A stretch of DNA of 60,304 bases from contig JBCCQY010000048.1 in NCBI GenBank assembly GCA_039208735.1, positions 1-60,304 of the forward strand, written 5' to 3'. The notes under the pieces were generated by a model. The model was not told where the DNA came from, did no database searches, and was given only the letters and a program-made list of their open reading frames with translations. This DNA is from Myxococcota bacterium (GTDB lineage Bacteria > Myxococcota_A > UBA796 > GCA-2862545). Below, piece by piece: positions 47,497 through 56,811 of the stretch. Position 1 is the first letter of the stretch, and the number at the start of each line of letters is the position of its first letter. The position numbers and the translations under genes were made by a program.

Positions 47497-49737
47497 CCAG
47501 GTCGCGACGAGGCGAAAGCCTAATGTTGCAAGCCGGCTATGGGCAGGCAACCCCGTTCGGCTGGCCAGACGACACGCTTGAGCGTCGGACGCCCAGCTGC
47601 CGCCGCGAATGACGTGGCGCTGCTCGGTCAACACACTCGTCGTCCATTCGTGAACGCCTCCTGCGACATCGAGCACGCCGTAGGGCGAGCGGTCATCCGG
47701 AAACTGGGCCACCGGGCCAATGCGGGGCCCGCCCGGCAAGCTGTCTCGCATGTGGCACCAACACGCATCGAAGGCCTCGCCCCAGGGGTAGGCGCGACCG
47801 TCGGCGCCTCGCGCGAGCTTCTCCCACTCGTCTTCGGTAGGAAGCCGAAGGGGCAACCCGGTCTGTGCGGAGGACCAGTTCGCGTAGGCGGCCGCATCTT
47901 CGAGGGACACCCCGACCACCGGCCAATCGGGAGACCAACCGTCGGGGAGTTCGAGCTTCTCCGAGGTCCATAGGGGCTCGGGGCGACCGGTGACCAACCG
48001 CTGTGCTGGGACGCGAAGCGCCGCTTCATCGGGGGCGAGGGTGCGCAGAAACGTCAGGTAGGCCTGGCTCGTGACCGCGGTGCGGCCCACGAGAAGTCCG
48101 GGGAGCCAGGGTGAACAGGGATCGACGGGGCCCCGAGCGCGACGGTCTCCGCCCATGCGGAACCGTCCCTCGGGAACAAAGCAGAAGTCGTCGGGCACCG
48201 GTGGGGCGAGCGGGACGTGCACCACGACATGCTCCAAGCGCGACAGGGCGACGGGTTGCCGCAGCGCCGGACCGGTGGAGGTGGGTTGCTCCACGACCCA
48301 GGAGCCCGCTGGGATCGGTCGTCGCTCCAGCGGCAAGGCCACCGTTTCTCGCACGTGTTCGATCCGACGGCGCCCGTTGGAGACCACCTCGATGAGTCGA
48401 ACCTTGCCCTGGCCCTCGATGGTGATTTCGGCTTGTCCTTCAAACAGATCGTTGAAGCGTCCGCGATCGTGAAACTTGATGCGATCGAGAATCAGCTCGC
48501 GTTCGCCAGGGGTGTCGTGCGCTTCTGCCAGGCGGAGGCGTTCGTACCAGAGTTCGGCGAGTACCGCATGGGCTTCGTCAAGCCCGGGCTCGAGCTGAAC
48601 CGCAGCCATGGCGTGCTCGGCGGTGGTTGTCCAGGAACGGGCTTGCTCGTCGAGAAGGCGTTCGGCGCGAAGTTCGCTCGCCCATAGGCCGGTCTTCGCC
48701 TCGGGCGGTGCATGGGGCGGAATTCGGGCCCGTTGCACGGCGGCCACCCGTCGTTCCTCCTCGAGTCGACGTTCTCGCTCCCCGAACGCAAGCCACTCCC
48801 GTCGGGCGCGTGCCAACTTCTCTTCGGCCTCGCTCCGTCGTCGCAAGCGGCGGGCGCGACCGCTTCGGACGTCGGTGATGGCGGTCAGCAGGTCGCTCGC
48901 GGGCGGCCGATTTGCCGGTTCAGGGGAGGCCGCCCGATGCAACAGCTCGCCCAGCTCGGGGTCGACCCCCTGCGGAGGAGCGTCGGGCAACGCGGCATCG
49001 GTCAGGCGCACCACGAGTTCGGCCGGGGATAATCCCTCAGGCCACCGACGAAGGGGCCGGTCCGTGAGCACATCCCATGCGATTGCGGCGAGTGCGAACA
49101 CGTCGGACGCGGGAATTGGAGCCTGACCGGCGAGTTGCTCGGGGGCGGCGAACTCCGGGGTGCCCGAAAAGGTACCTTGGCGAGCCACAAGGCCGGACCA
49201 GTCGAGGACATAGGGATGTCCGTCATTGTCGACGGCAAGGTTGGCGGGGCTTAGGTCGCCGTGAACAACATTGAGCGCATGGGCGTGGGCCACCGCGCTC
49301 GTGACGCCTTGAAGAAACGTCAGTCGTTGGTCGGAGGACCAGGCTCGATCGGGGTCGCGACGCCATGCCCGCTGCCAAAGGGCCAAGGTGGTGGTGGGCC
49401 CCAACGCAAAGATGACACAGAGGAGCCCGTCGGCGGCCTGTACTCCATGCACCGGCAACACCGAGGGGTGAGCGAGCCGAGCGGTGGTGCGAGCTTCGTT
49501 GAGCAGTGCCTCGCGGGCCGCAGCGCCCCCCTCCGGTCGACTCACCTTCACCGCAACCGTGCGGTCCAGGACCGGGTCACGGGCTCGGTACACCCAGCCG
49601 ACCGAACCGCGAGCCAGTACGTCGACGGGTTCGAGCGTGAGCGCGGTAGGAAACGGTGGGGCATCCGCATCCGTCGTGGCGCGGTGTCCCGCTCCGGGCA
49701 CCAGACGCTCCAACAGATCGTCGAGGTCGTCGCTCAC
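47467..49737 (-). CDS. Ser/Thr kinase fused to an FGE-sulfatase domain
   Basis: VAVK, HGDLSPAN, DWS and GTPEFAAPE. C-terminal RLPTEDEWEKLARG and RGGSW. Confidence 0.87.
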   Translation of the reverse strand: MSDDLDDLLERLVPGAGHRATTDADAPPFPTALTLEPVDVLARGSVGWVYRARDPVLDRTVAVKVSRPEGGAAAREALLNEARTTARLAHPSVLPVHGVQAADGLLCVIFALGPTTTLALWQRAWRRDPDRAWSSDQRLTFLQGVTSAVAHAHALNVVHGDLSPANLAVDNDGHPYVLDWSGLVARQGTFSGTPEFAAPEQLAGQAPIPASDVFALAAIAWDVLTDRPLRRWPEGLSPAELVVRLTDAALPDAPPQGVDPELGELLHRAASPEPANRPPASDLLTAITDVRSGRARRLRRRSEAEEKLARARREWLAFGERERRLEEERRVAAVQRARIPPHAPPEAKTGLWASELRAERLLDEQARSWTTTAEHAMAAVQLEPGLDEAHAVLAELWYERLRLAEAHDTPGERELILDRIKFHDRGRFNDLFEGQAEITIEGQGKVRLIEVVSNGRRRIEHVRETVALPLERRPIPAGSWVVEQPTSTGPALRQPVALSRLEHVVVHVPLAPPVPDDFCFVPEGRFRMGGDRRARGPVDPCSPWLPGLLVGRTAVTSQAYLTFLRTLAPDEAALRVPAQRLVTGRPEPLWTSEKLELPDGWSPDWPVVGVSLEDAAAYANWSSAQTGLPLRLPTEDEWEKLARGADGRAYPWGEAFDACWCHMRDSLPGGPRIGPVAQFPDDRSPYGVLDVAGGVHEWTTSVLTEQRHVIRGGSWASDAQACRLASRTGLPAHSRLATLGFRLVATWSGDVEDVVG

Positions 49738-51299
49738 CACGGTCCTCCCCGATCCCAGCGTGCGATGAGCCGATGGAGCCATTGCCGAGACACGCCCAAC
49801 GCTTCGGCGGCCCGGGTTCGGTTGCCGCCCGACGCGCTCAGGGCCTCGCGCACCCGTTGCTGTTGGAAGCGCTCGGTCGCGGCCACGAGATCGGCCGGCC
49901 AGGTGCGGTCCGGTGGGCTTAGGGCGGTGACCACGGGCGTCAGATCGGTGGCGACCAGCGTTCCGTCACCACGCGCGGCGACCCGGGCCAGGGCTCCCTT
50001 CAGTGCGTTGTCCAGTTCGCGAACGTTGCCTGGCCAGGAGCGGGTTCGCAGCGCGGGAAGGACATCGGGCGCCACTTGGGGCTCGGCGATTCCGACCTCC
50101 CGGGCCGAACGCTGCAACAGGTGACCGACGAGGGCAGGTAGATCGCCGAGGCGTTCTCGTAGGGGAGGGGTGCGAACCACGCAGGCCGAGAGGCGGTGGT
50201 ACAGATCGGCGCGGAATCCGCTCTCCAATTGGCCGATGGCGCGGTGAGTTGCCGCCACCACCCGTCCGTCAAAAGTGCGTTCTTCGTCCGCGCCAACCCG
50301 GCGGTACACCCCTTCCTGGAGCAGGCGCAAGAGCTTCGTCTGCACCGGACCCGGCAATTCGCCAACCTCATCGAGGAACAGCGTGCCCTGGTTGGCCTCT
50401 ACGACCAGCCCCCCGCGTGCTCTTGCTGCTCCGGTGAATGCGCCCCGTTCGTGGCCAAACAACGTGGATTCCGCAAGTTCGGGGTCGATGGTGCCCGCAT
50501 TGACGGCCACAAAGGGCCCTGGGTTGCCGGAAAGGTCGTGGACGGCGTGTGCGACCGCCTCCTTGCCCGTTCCGGTTTCGCCCAGGATGAGGACCGGCCA
50601 GGGCATGGGGGCAAAGGCTCGGACCGAGGAATAGAGTTCCCGCATCGCTGGGGTATCGCCCACCAGGCCTTCGATGGGCTTGACGGAGGAGCGCTTGGCG
50701 ACCATGGGCGTTCGGGGAAGGAGTTCCGCGGCGAGGGCGCAGAGAGCGGCGATGCGGGAGCGGGCATCGGCCGTGAATCGACCGGGCGTCGATGGATCAT
50801 GCAGGTAGAGTGCACCATGCTCGCCGATGGGGACGCAGCCCACCGAGCGCAGCGCCAAGGCCTGCACACTGTCCGCGCCGAGGAACCGGGCGTCGGCCAT
50901 GGCATCGTCGGACCACGCCGGTCGACGCTCTCGGGCGACCCGACCCAGCACAGACCGGCTGATGTCCGACGGAACGAGCCAGCTTCCATCAGCGGTTCGG
51001 CCGGCTCCTCGACCGGCGAGGGCGCGAACCTGGGACCCTGCTTGCGCCTCGGCCCATGTCAGGGCCCAGGCTTCTGGTGCACCGGTGAGCGTGACCGCTT
51101 CGTCAACGAGCGCCTGGAGTTGGGCGGTCTCGGTGGGAGCTTGGGCAAGGCGGCCGAGTCGGTCCCGAGCCCAGGCCAGCGCGTCCGCCGCACGAATGAC
51201 GCGCTCCAACGTGGCGCCAATGGCCTCCGCGGCCGCGGCGTCGACCGTGCGGAGTCGGTCGAGGCCCCGCGTCACGTCACCCGGTAAGTCGAGGTCCAT
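49734..51299 (-). CDS. GAF-domain sigma-54 enhancer-binding protein (canonical)
   Basis: GAF region, GETGTGKE, GAFTGA, LFLDE, WPGNVREL and a Fis-type HTH. Confidence 0.92.
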   Translation of the reverse strand: MDLDLPGDVTRGLDRLRTVDAAAAEAIGATLERVIRAADALAWARDRLGRLAQAPTETAQLQALVDEAVTLTGAPEAWALTWAEAQAGSQVRALAGRGAGRTADGSWLVPSDISRSVLGRVARERRPAWSDDAMADARFLGADSVQALALRSVGCVPIGEHGALYLHDPSTPGRFTADARSRIAALCALAAELLPRTPMVAKRSSVKPIEGLVGDTPAMRELYSSVRAFAPMPWPVLILGETGTGKEAVAHAVHDLSGNPGPFVAVNAGTIDPELAESTLFGHERGAFTGAARARGGLVVEANQGTLFLDEVGELPGPVQTKLLRLLQEGVYRRVGADEERTFDGRVVAATHRAIGQLESGFRADLYHRLSACVVRTPPLRERLGDLPALVGHLLQRSAREVGIAEPQVAPDVLPALRTRSWPGNVRELDNALKGALARVAARGDGTLVATDLTPVVTALSPPDRTWPADLVAATERFQQQRVREALSASGGNRTRAAEALGVSRQWLHRLIARWDRGGPW

Positions 51300-51309
51300 A
51301 GCCGAGACC

Positions 51310-52203
51310 TTACCGCATTGGGCGCCCCTCCGGTCTGTCCCAAAGGACGGCGAGCGCAGTGGGAAGCGGCGGACCGGCCGGCGGCGGGATTTGGGATGCG
51401 GTGAGGATGTAGACCACAGGGCCCAGATGGGGTGCCTGGTGGGCGAGGCACGTGGCCAGCGCAGGAGCGGTGTACGTCGGGTCGAGTGCGCCAAGATGCT
51501 GCAGTGGGCCGAGAGGTCCGGCGACCGCGTCGATGAGTTGAAGGTCGACGGAGCTGGGCAGGGCGGTTCCCGCGGTGCGTTCGAGAAGCCGGGTGAGCCG
51601 TGACGGGGTCAAAAACCGCCCGATGCGCAGCGCAACGACTGGGGTTGGAGAGCCGGCCAGGGCGAGTCCCAAGGCCAGCCCCACCGCGGTGCCCCCGCTT
51701 GCGCTTGGCACGTAGACCCTGATCGGCGCAGGAAGCTCACGGGCCTGGATTTGGGCGGCGAGTTCCCGGCCTCCCTCCACCCAACCCCGCGTTCCAACGA
51801 CCGACGATCCGCCGACGGCGATCGCGTAGGCGTGGTGCTGGTTTGCCAATCGCCGTACCGTGGCGGCGACCCACGAGACCTCGGCGCACGGCGTCACGGT
51901 TCGACACAGCGCGACACTCGCTCGGGCGTGGGCCTCAGCATCGGCTGACCACGGTTGTTCGAACACCACCGCGTGGGTGTCGAGCCCCTGGGCCCGCGCA
52001 TGGACCGCGGTGGCGAGGATGTGGTGCGAACCGAGTCCGCCGCTCGTGACAACCGCCGGGTGACCTCGACGCTTGGCTTCCTCGATCAGGGGTCCGAGTT
52101 TTCGGACCTTGTTGCCCCCGTACAGCGGGCTTACCGCAGACTCGTCCTTGAGCCAGAGTCCTGGAATGACCTCATGAATAGGAGATGGGAGGCGCAGGTT
52201 CAT
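51310..52203 (-). CDS. PLP-dependent D-cysteine desulfhydrase/ACC deaminase family protein
   Basis: LWLKDE, GGNKVRKL, SHH, SGGT and LDPTYT. Confidence 0.85.
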   Translation of the reverse strand: MNLRLPSPIHEVIPGLWLKDESAVSPLYGGNKVRKLGPLIEEAKRRGHPAVVTSGGLGSHHILATAVHARAQGLDTHAVVFEQPWSADAEAHARASVALCRTVTPCAEVSWVAATVRRLANQHHAYAIAVGGSSVVGTRGWVEGGRELAAQIQARELPAPIRVYVPSASGGTAVGLALGLALAGSPTPVVALRIGRFLTPSRLTRLLERTAGTALPSSVDLQLIDAVAGPLGPLQHLGALDPTYTAPALATCLAHQAPHLGPVVYILTASQIPPPAGPPLPTALAVLWDRPEGRPMR

Positions 52204-52284
52204 GGCGTAGGCATGGCTCGTTTCATCCCCGGAGTCAGGCGGATAGTGAACGCGGAACTCAATTCATGGCCGAGGGAGGTGACC

Positions 52285-53433
52285 GTGTCCGACGATTCGA
52301 GGGTCATTCCATTTTACGGAGCGATCAACCGAGAGATGTTCGCGATCGAGCGTCGAGCCATGGATCGGGACGGAGTGGTGCTGCGCTGGCTAGATGAGAC
52401 GTTGCCGGGAGGGTGGGTGCTCGACATCGGCGCGGGCGATGGCACGACCGCGCAGGCGCTCACCCGTGAGGGGCGCACCGTAGTGCCACTCGAGCCCGCC
52501 GCAGGCATGGTGCGAGACACGTCCGATCGGCCTTCGCTGGTGTGGGTGAAGGGGGTTGCCCAGGAGCTGCCGTTTCATGATGGGACGTTTGACGCGGTCT
52601 ATGCGACTTGGGCGTTTTTCTTTTCCAATCGCGATGATTTGGATGTGGGGTTGGCCGAGGCCCGCCGTGTGCTCAAGCCTGGTGGACGCATCGTCCTCGT
52701 CGACAATGCCGGAGACGATGACCTCACCGCGCTCTCACCGCGTCCCATCACCTCGGATTCAACCGTGTTTTCGGAGCGGGGCTTTTCGGTGACGGTGATC
52801 GAAACCGGGTTTCGTTTCGACTCTGAAGCCGAGGGCCGGACCTTGCTAGGGTTTTGGTTTGGTGAGGAGGCTGCAGCCCGCTTTACGGGCACCGTGCTGG
52901 ATTATCGCGTGTTCGGGTTCGTGTGGGACAAGCCTGCGCGTCCGCTCATTGTGGCCCATGGCCTCGAAGGGTCCCCCGAGGGGGCGAAAGTCCGGGCGTA
53001 CCGCGCGGCAGGCTTCGCCGTGTACGCGCCAGACGGTCGGAAGCAGTCACTGGCCGTCCGTGTGGGGCAGATCCGGGAGCTTGTTCAGGCCCATCCGGGA
53101 GCGGTGTTGGTAGGCTCAAGCTACGGCGGTCTTGCCGCGGCAGCCCTCGTTGACGAGCTTGGTGAGGACCACGGGTTGCACGCCCTGGTGCTGTTGGCGC
53201 CTGCATTGCACTGGCAGGAGCCCCCGGTCGCGGATCCCGCCACCCTGCAGATTCCGTCCTCGCTGCCCTGCACGGTGTTCCATGGTCAGCGCGACACCAT
53301 CGTGTCCATCGAGGTTAGCCGGGCCCTCGCCGAGCGATGTCCGCATGTGCAGCTCGTCGTGACCGACGATGAGCACCGGCTGATCGAAACCCTGCCCCAC
53401 GTCGTGCGGCACCTGATCGAGGTGACTCGGTAG
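52285..53433 (+). CDS. Fusion of a class I SAM methyltransferase and an alpha/beta hydrolase (YqiA/YcfP-like)
   Basis: GGAGG then GTG at 52285. VLDIGAGDG...RVLKPGG, then AHGLEGSP, GSSYGG, HGQRD and DEH. Confidence 0.82.
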   Translation: MSDDSRVIPFYGAINREMFAIERRAMDRDGVVLRWLDETLPGGWVLDIGAGDGTTAQALTREGRTVVPLEPAAGMVRDTSDRPSLVWVKGVAQELPFHDGTFDAVYATWAFFFSNRDDLDVGLAEARRVLKPGGRIVLVDNAGDDDLTALSPRPITSDSTVFSERGFSVTVIETGFRFDSEAEGRTLLGFWFGEEAAARFTGTVLDYRVFGFVWDKPARPLIVAHGLEGSPEGAKVRAYRAAGFAVYAPDGRKQSLAVRVGQIRELVQAHPGAVLVGSSYGGLAAAALVDELGEDHGLHALVLLAPALHWQEPPVADPATLQIPSSLPCTVFHGQRDTIVSIEVSRALAERCPHVQLVVTDDEHRLIETLPHVVRHLIEVTR

Positions 53434-53442
53434 TCGGCGCTT

Positions 53443-54135
53443 CTAATGATCGGCGAGGAATCGCTCGAGGAGTTTGGCCACCTGCCCTTCGCCAGCGCCC
53501 AGCGTTTGGAGGTTGCTAAGCATTCGGGTGGCCCCTGACCGCTCATGGCGACGGACGTAGGACAACGCGAGGTTGGTGCACATTCGAATGAGCACGTCGC
53601 GGGTGGGCGGGGGCGTGAGTACCGCCTCGAATGTCGAGTCGTCGACGAAGCCGTTTTGCCGGGTCAGCTCGCCACGCAGATGAGCCATGGGCAACACCTG
53701 ACCGCTGTGGAAAGGATCAAGGAAGAACCTGGGGTCTGCGTGACGAACCCCGACGAGGAAATGCCCCGGAAAACCGATGGGATCGAGATCGAGCCCCACC
53801 CGAGCCCCTACCGCAACGCACACCGTCGACAGCAAGATGGGCAGGCCCTTTCGTCGCTCGATCACTTGGTCGATAAACGAGTTCTCGGGCGAATCGTAGG
53901 CCTCAGAATCCCCCTTGAGTTGGAGGGTGTGAAACAGCTGCAACTGGAGCCGAGCCACCGCTTCGATGGTGGTCGATCCCTCGGGAATCCGAATGGGGGC
54001 CGCCAGATTGTCGAGTGCAGCGGCGATGTTGGCCGCGAACGCATCAATGTCGTGCTGTTGTTCGGTGGCAGCAAGCCACACTGCGGCACGTTCGAGAGAG
54101 CCTTCCGCGGCCCAAAGTGGTCCCTTCAGGGGCAA
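53443..54135 (-). CDS. SirB1/transglutaminase-like protein
   Basis: YDSPENSFIDQVIERRKGLPILLS, GFPGHFLV and FLDPF. Confidence 0.87.
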   Translation of the reverse strand: MPLKGPLWAAEGSLERAAVWLAATEQQHDIDAFAANIAAALDNLAAPIRIPEGSTTIEAVARLQLQLFHTLQLKGDSEAYDSPENSFIDQVIERRKGLPILLSTVCVAVGARVGLDLDPIGFPGHFLVGVRHADPRFFLDPFHSGQVLPMAHLRGELTRQNGFVDDSTFEAVLTPPPTRDVLIRMCTNLALSYVRRHERSGATRMLSNLQTLGAGEGQVAKLLERFLADH

Positions 54136-56333
54136 AGTTCACCAAAGCAGAGGGTGGTTCCGGCGTCGAGCGCCAAGGTGGGAGCCCAGCTCACGTCGTC
54201 CGGCTGATTGTCGTCGAGCGTTCCGGCCAGACCGAAGTCGCAGTCGATGAGGTTGACCAGGGCCCCACTGGACGAGGCCAGCACCCCGCCTCCTTCGAAC
54301 GCTCCTGCGTTGTTGCCCAACACGGATACGCTTTCGAGGGTCGCAGAAACGTTGTCGCCCAGCCATACGCCGCCTCCGCCGAACTGAGAAGCAGTGTTCT
54401 GACCCACGGTTCCGCCCCCGATCAAGAGCACGGCGCCGTCGACAGCGCGAATGCCTCCTCCGCCGCTGCCGGAGGTGTTGCCCCCCAGCGTGGATTCGAG
54501 GAGGGTGAGTTCGCCCGCGAGATCGATCCCGCCCCCCCAATCGCTTGCGGTGTTGCCGCTGATCGAGGTGTTGGTGACCGTCACCAGGGTGGCCGGACCG
54601 ACGTACAACCCGCCGCCGTTGCTCGAGCCGGTCGCCACCACGTCGTTGTCGTCGAGCGTGGAGTCGGCAATCTGGTGGGTGCCCTGTTCGAGGCGAAGGC
54701 CGCCGCCCGGTGTGTCGCCGAGGTTGTTGCGGACTTCGAGGTTGGTCGCGGTAAGGCTGCCGTCGATGACTTCGATGCCACTGGACCCGGTGTTGTTGTC
54801 GACCAACACGTCGTCGACGGTCAAGGTGCACTGGTCGGCGAGGAAGGCGGCCTGACCCGGCTGATGGTTGCCCGTGATCCGAACGTCGCGGACCGTCAGT
54901 TGGTGGGGAGCGGTCAGGGCGCGGCACGATAAGCCGCTCGTGCCTGGCCCGGCGTTCGATAGGGTGAGCCCCTCCACCGTGACCGTTGAATCATCCTCCG
55001 CGATGGCCAACGGGCTGCCCCCGACCCCTTCGATGCGCACCAGATCGCGGCTTTGCCCGTAGCCTCGGATGGTCACGTCTGCACCGCTCGTCACGGCGAG
55101 GGTGACAAACCAGGTGTCCTCGCACAGGGCGAGGGTCGAGCCGTCTTCGTCGAGGGTGACTTCGGCGTTCATGACGGGCGATCCGGTGAGGCTACCCGTG
55201 ACGTCGAACCGGCTGCCGTCCCCCAACGTGAGCGTCGCGAGGCCTTGCTCGCTGCCTCCTCCGCAATCGTTGATCACGCCGTCGCAGAACTCCTCGGCCC
55301 CCGGAAACACATCGTCCCGGTTGTCATCGCAATCGTCGCCGTCGACCACGCGGTCCGCCGGTAGCACGCACGTGAACAGGCCTTGGTTTAGGTCGCCAAA
55401 CCCGTCGCCATCCACATCCGGGAAGCTTGCGATGCCTCCGACGCTGGCATCGACGTCCGGATCGTCATCATCGATGGCCGCGTCGCAGTCGTTGTCGACG
55501 TTGTCGCAGACCTCGGTGGCGTCAGGCGAAATGGCCTTGTCGCGGTCGTTGCAATCCGCCGGGTTGTCGACGGTCCCCGGAGGCGCCAAACACGCTCGCT
55601 GCCCCGTCGCCGGGTCTCCGTAGCCGTCGTTGTCCGTGTCGTCGTAGAACGTGGTGCCGCTGTTGAGGTCGACGTCGGGGTCGAAATCATCGATGAGGGC
55701 GTCACAGTCGTTGTCGAACCCATCGCACAACTCGGGCGCGGTGGGTCGGGCGGCGGTGGTGGTGTCGTCGCAATCGAGATCGTTGTCTGCGGTTTGGTCC
55801 GGGGCTTCGCACGCCTGTCGCCCCGTGTTGGGGGCGCCGAACCCATCCCCATCGAGGTCGTCGAAGAACATCGTGCCGGTTGAGGCATCGACCGTGGGGT
55901 CTGCATCGTCGATGAGGGTGTCGCAGTTGTTGTCGACCTCGTCGCACACTTCAGGCGCGTTGGGACGAACGTTTGGATTTGTGTCGTCGCAGTCTCCCGC
56001 TTCGGCGATGAAACCCGAGGGGGCATTGCAGGCTGCCATGGACTCGTCGGGGTTGCCAAAGTCGTCATCGTCGCCATCGGCGTACCAGGTGGATGCGGTG
56101 GAGACGTCGAGGTCATCATCGTCGTCATCGATCCGCTGGTCGCAATCGTTGTCACGCCCGTCGCAGATCTCGGGAGCCCCCGGCTGGATGTCGGGGTTCG
56201 TGTCGTCACAATCTTCGGAGGCCGGCACCCCGTCACCATCGGCGTCGACTTCGAGTTCTCCCGGCGTTGGAGTTTCGAGGTCTCCCATACACGCCACGGC
56301 GAGCCACGCCACGGACCATCCTCGTGTGAGCAT
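54126..56333 (-). CDS. Lipoprotein with MopE-related putative metal-binding repeats and a GGG(I/L)-type beta-helix C-terminus
   Basis: Lipobox AVA-C. Five DCDD...P.A.E.CD..DNDCD repeats, and GNT...GGGI repeats. Confidence 0.87.
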   Translation of the reverse strand: MLTRGWSVAWLAVACMGDLETPTPGELEVDADGDGVPASEDCDDTNPDIQPGAPEICDGRDNDCDQRIDDDDDDLDVSTASTWYADGDDDDFGNPDESMAACNAPSGFIAEAGDCDDTNPNVRPNAPEVCDEVDNNCDTLIDDADPTVDASTGTMFFDDLDGDGFGAPNTGRQACEAPDQTADNDLDCDDTTTAARPTAPELCDGFDNDCDALIDDFDPDVDLNSGTTFYDDTDNDGYGDPATGQRACLAPPGTVDNPADCNDRDKAISPDATEVCDNVDNDCDAAIDDDDPDVDASVGGIASFPDVDGDGFGDLNQGLFTCVLPADRVVDGDDCDDNRDDVFPGAEEFCDGVINDCGGGSEQGLATLTLGDGSRFDVTGSLTGSPVMNAEVTLDEDGSTLALCEDTWFVTLAVTSGADVTIRGYGQSRDLVRIEGVGGSPLAIAEDDSTVTVEGLTLSNAGPGTSGLSCRALTAPHQLTVRDVRITGNHQPGQAAFLADQCTLTVDDVLVDNNTGSSGIEVIDGSLTATNLEVRNNLGDTPGGGLRLEQGTHQIADSTLDDNDVVATGSSNGGGLYVGPATLVTVTNTSISGNTASDWGGGIDLAGELTLLESTLGGNTSGSGGGGIRAVDGAVLLIGGGTVGQNTASQFGGGGVWLGDNVSATLESVSVLGNNAGAFEGGGVLASSSGALVNLIDCDFGLAGTLDDNQPDDVSWAPTLALDAGTTLCFGELCP

Positions 56334-56375
56334 CACTCCTCCTCCCGGACCGCGATTCTAACGCTATGTCGGCTT

Positions 56376-56470
56376 GACGCGGGGCCCCCCGCTGATCAGC
56401 TTGCAGGAGCGAAGCGACGAAAGCTGACCGCGTGAGCCTGCAGGCGCGTAGCGCCGAAGGCCAGCGCTGA
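56376..56470. other. Structured intergenic element with clustered mini-hairpins
   Basis: TCAGCTT...AAGCTGA stem enclosing GCGAAGC, plus GGCGC-GTA-GCGCC, GCC-GAA-GGC and the GCCTGCAGGC palindrome. Confidence 0.4.
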
Positions 56471-56496
56471 CCACAGTGGCGGCCCAGGAGAGGTTT

Positions 56497-56811
56497 ATGA
56501 GCATGGTGTGGTTCGTGGTTCTGGGATTTGGATGCGGAAACCCCAACTACCCCCCCGAGAACCCCCTCGAGTTCGAGTTCCGGAGCTGCAAGGTCGACGA
56601 GGACTGCACGATCCTCGAACTGGGCTGCTGTGATGAATGCAACGGTGGGTTTGCGGTAGCGGTTACCCAAGGCCAGGAAACGGCCGCGCTCGATGAGTAT
56701 GGTGAGTCAGGTTGCGGAAATGCTGGTTGTGACCTGCTTTCGTGTAGTCCGCTGATCGCCCAATGCATCAACGAACTTTGCGTCGTGGACCGGAGCGCCC
56801 GCGAACCCTAG
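56497..56811 (+). CDS. Small Cys-rich lipoprotein
   Basis: AGGAG RBS and lipobox FG-C. CxxDxDC...GCCDECNGG...C pattern. Confidence 0.75.
   Translation: MSMVWFVVLGFGCGNPNYPPENPLEFEFRSCKVDEDCTILELGCCDECNGGFAVAVTQGQETAALDEYGESGCGNAGCDLLSCSPLIAQCINELCVVDRSAREP

Noticed and set aside
56355..56500. Integron attC site (TCTAAC...)
   Set aside because: There is no matching GTTRRRY partner box, the flanking genes are divergent, and no integrase is present.
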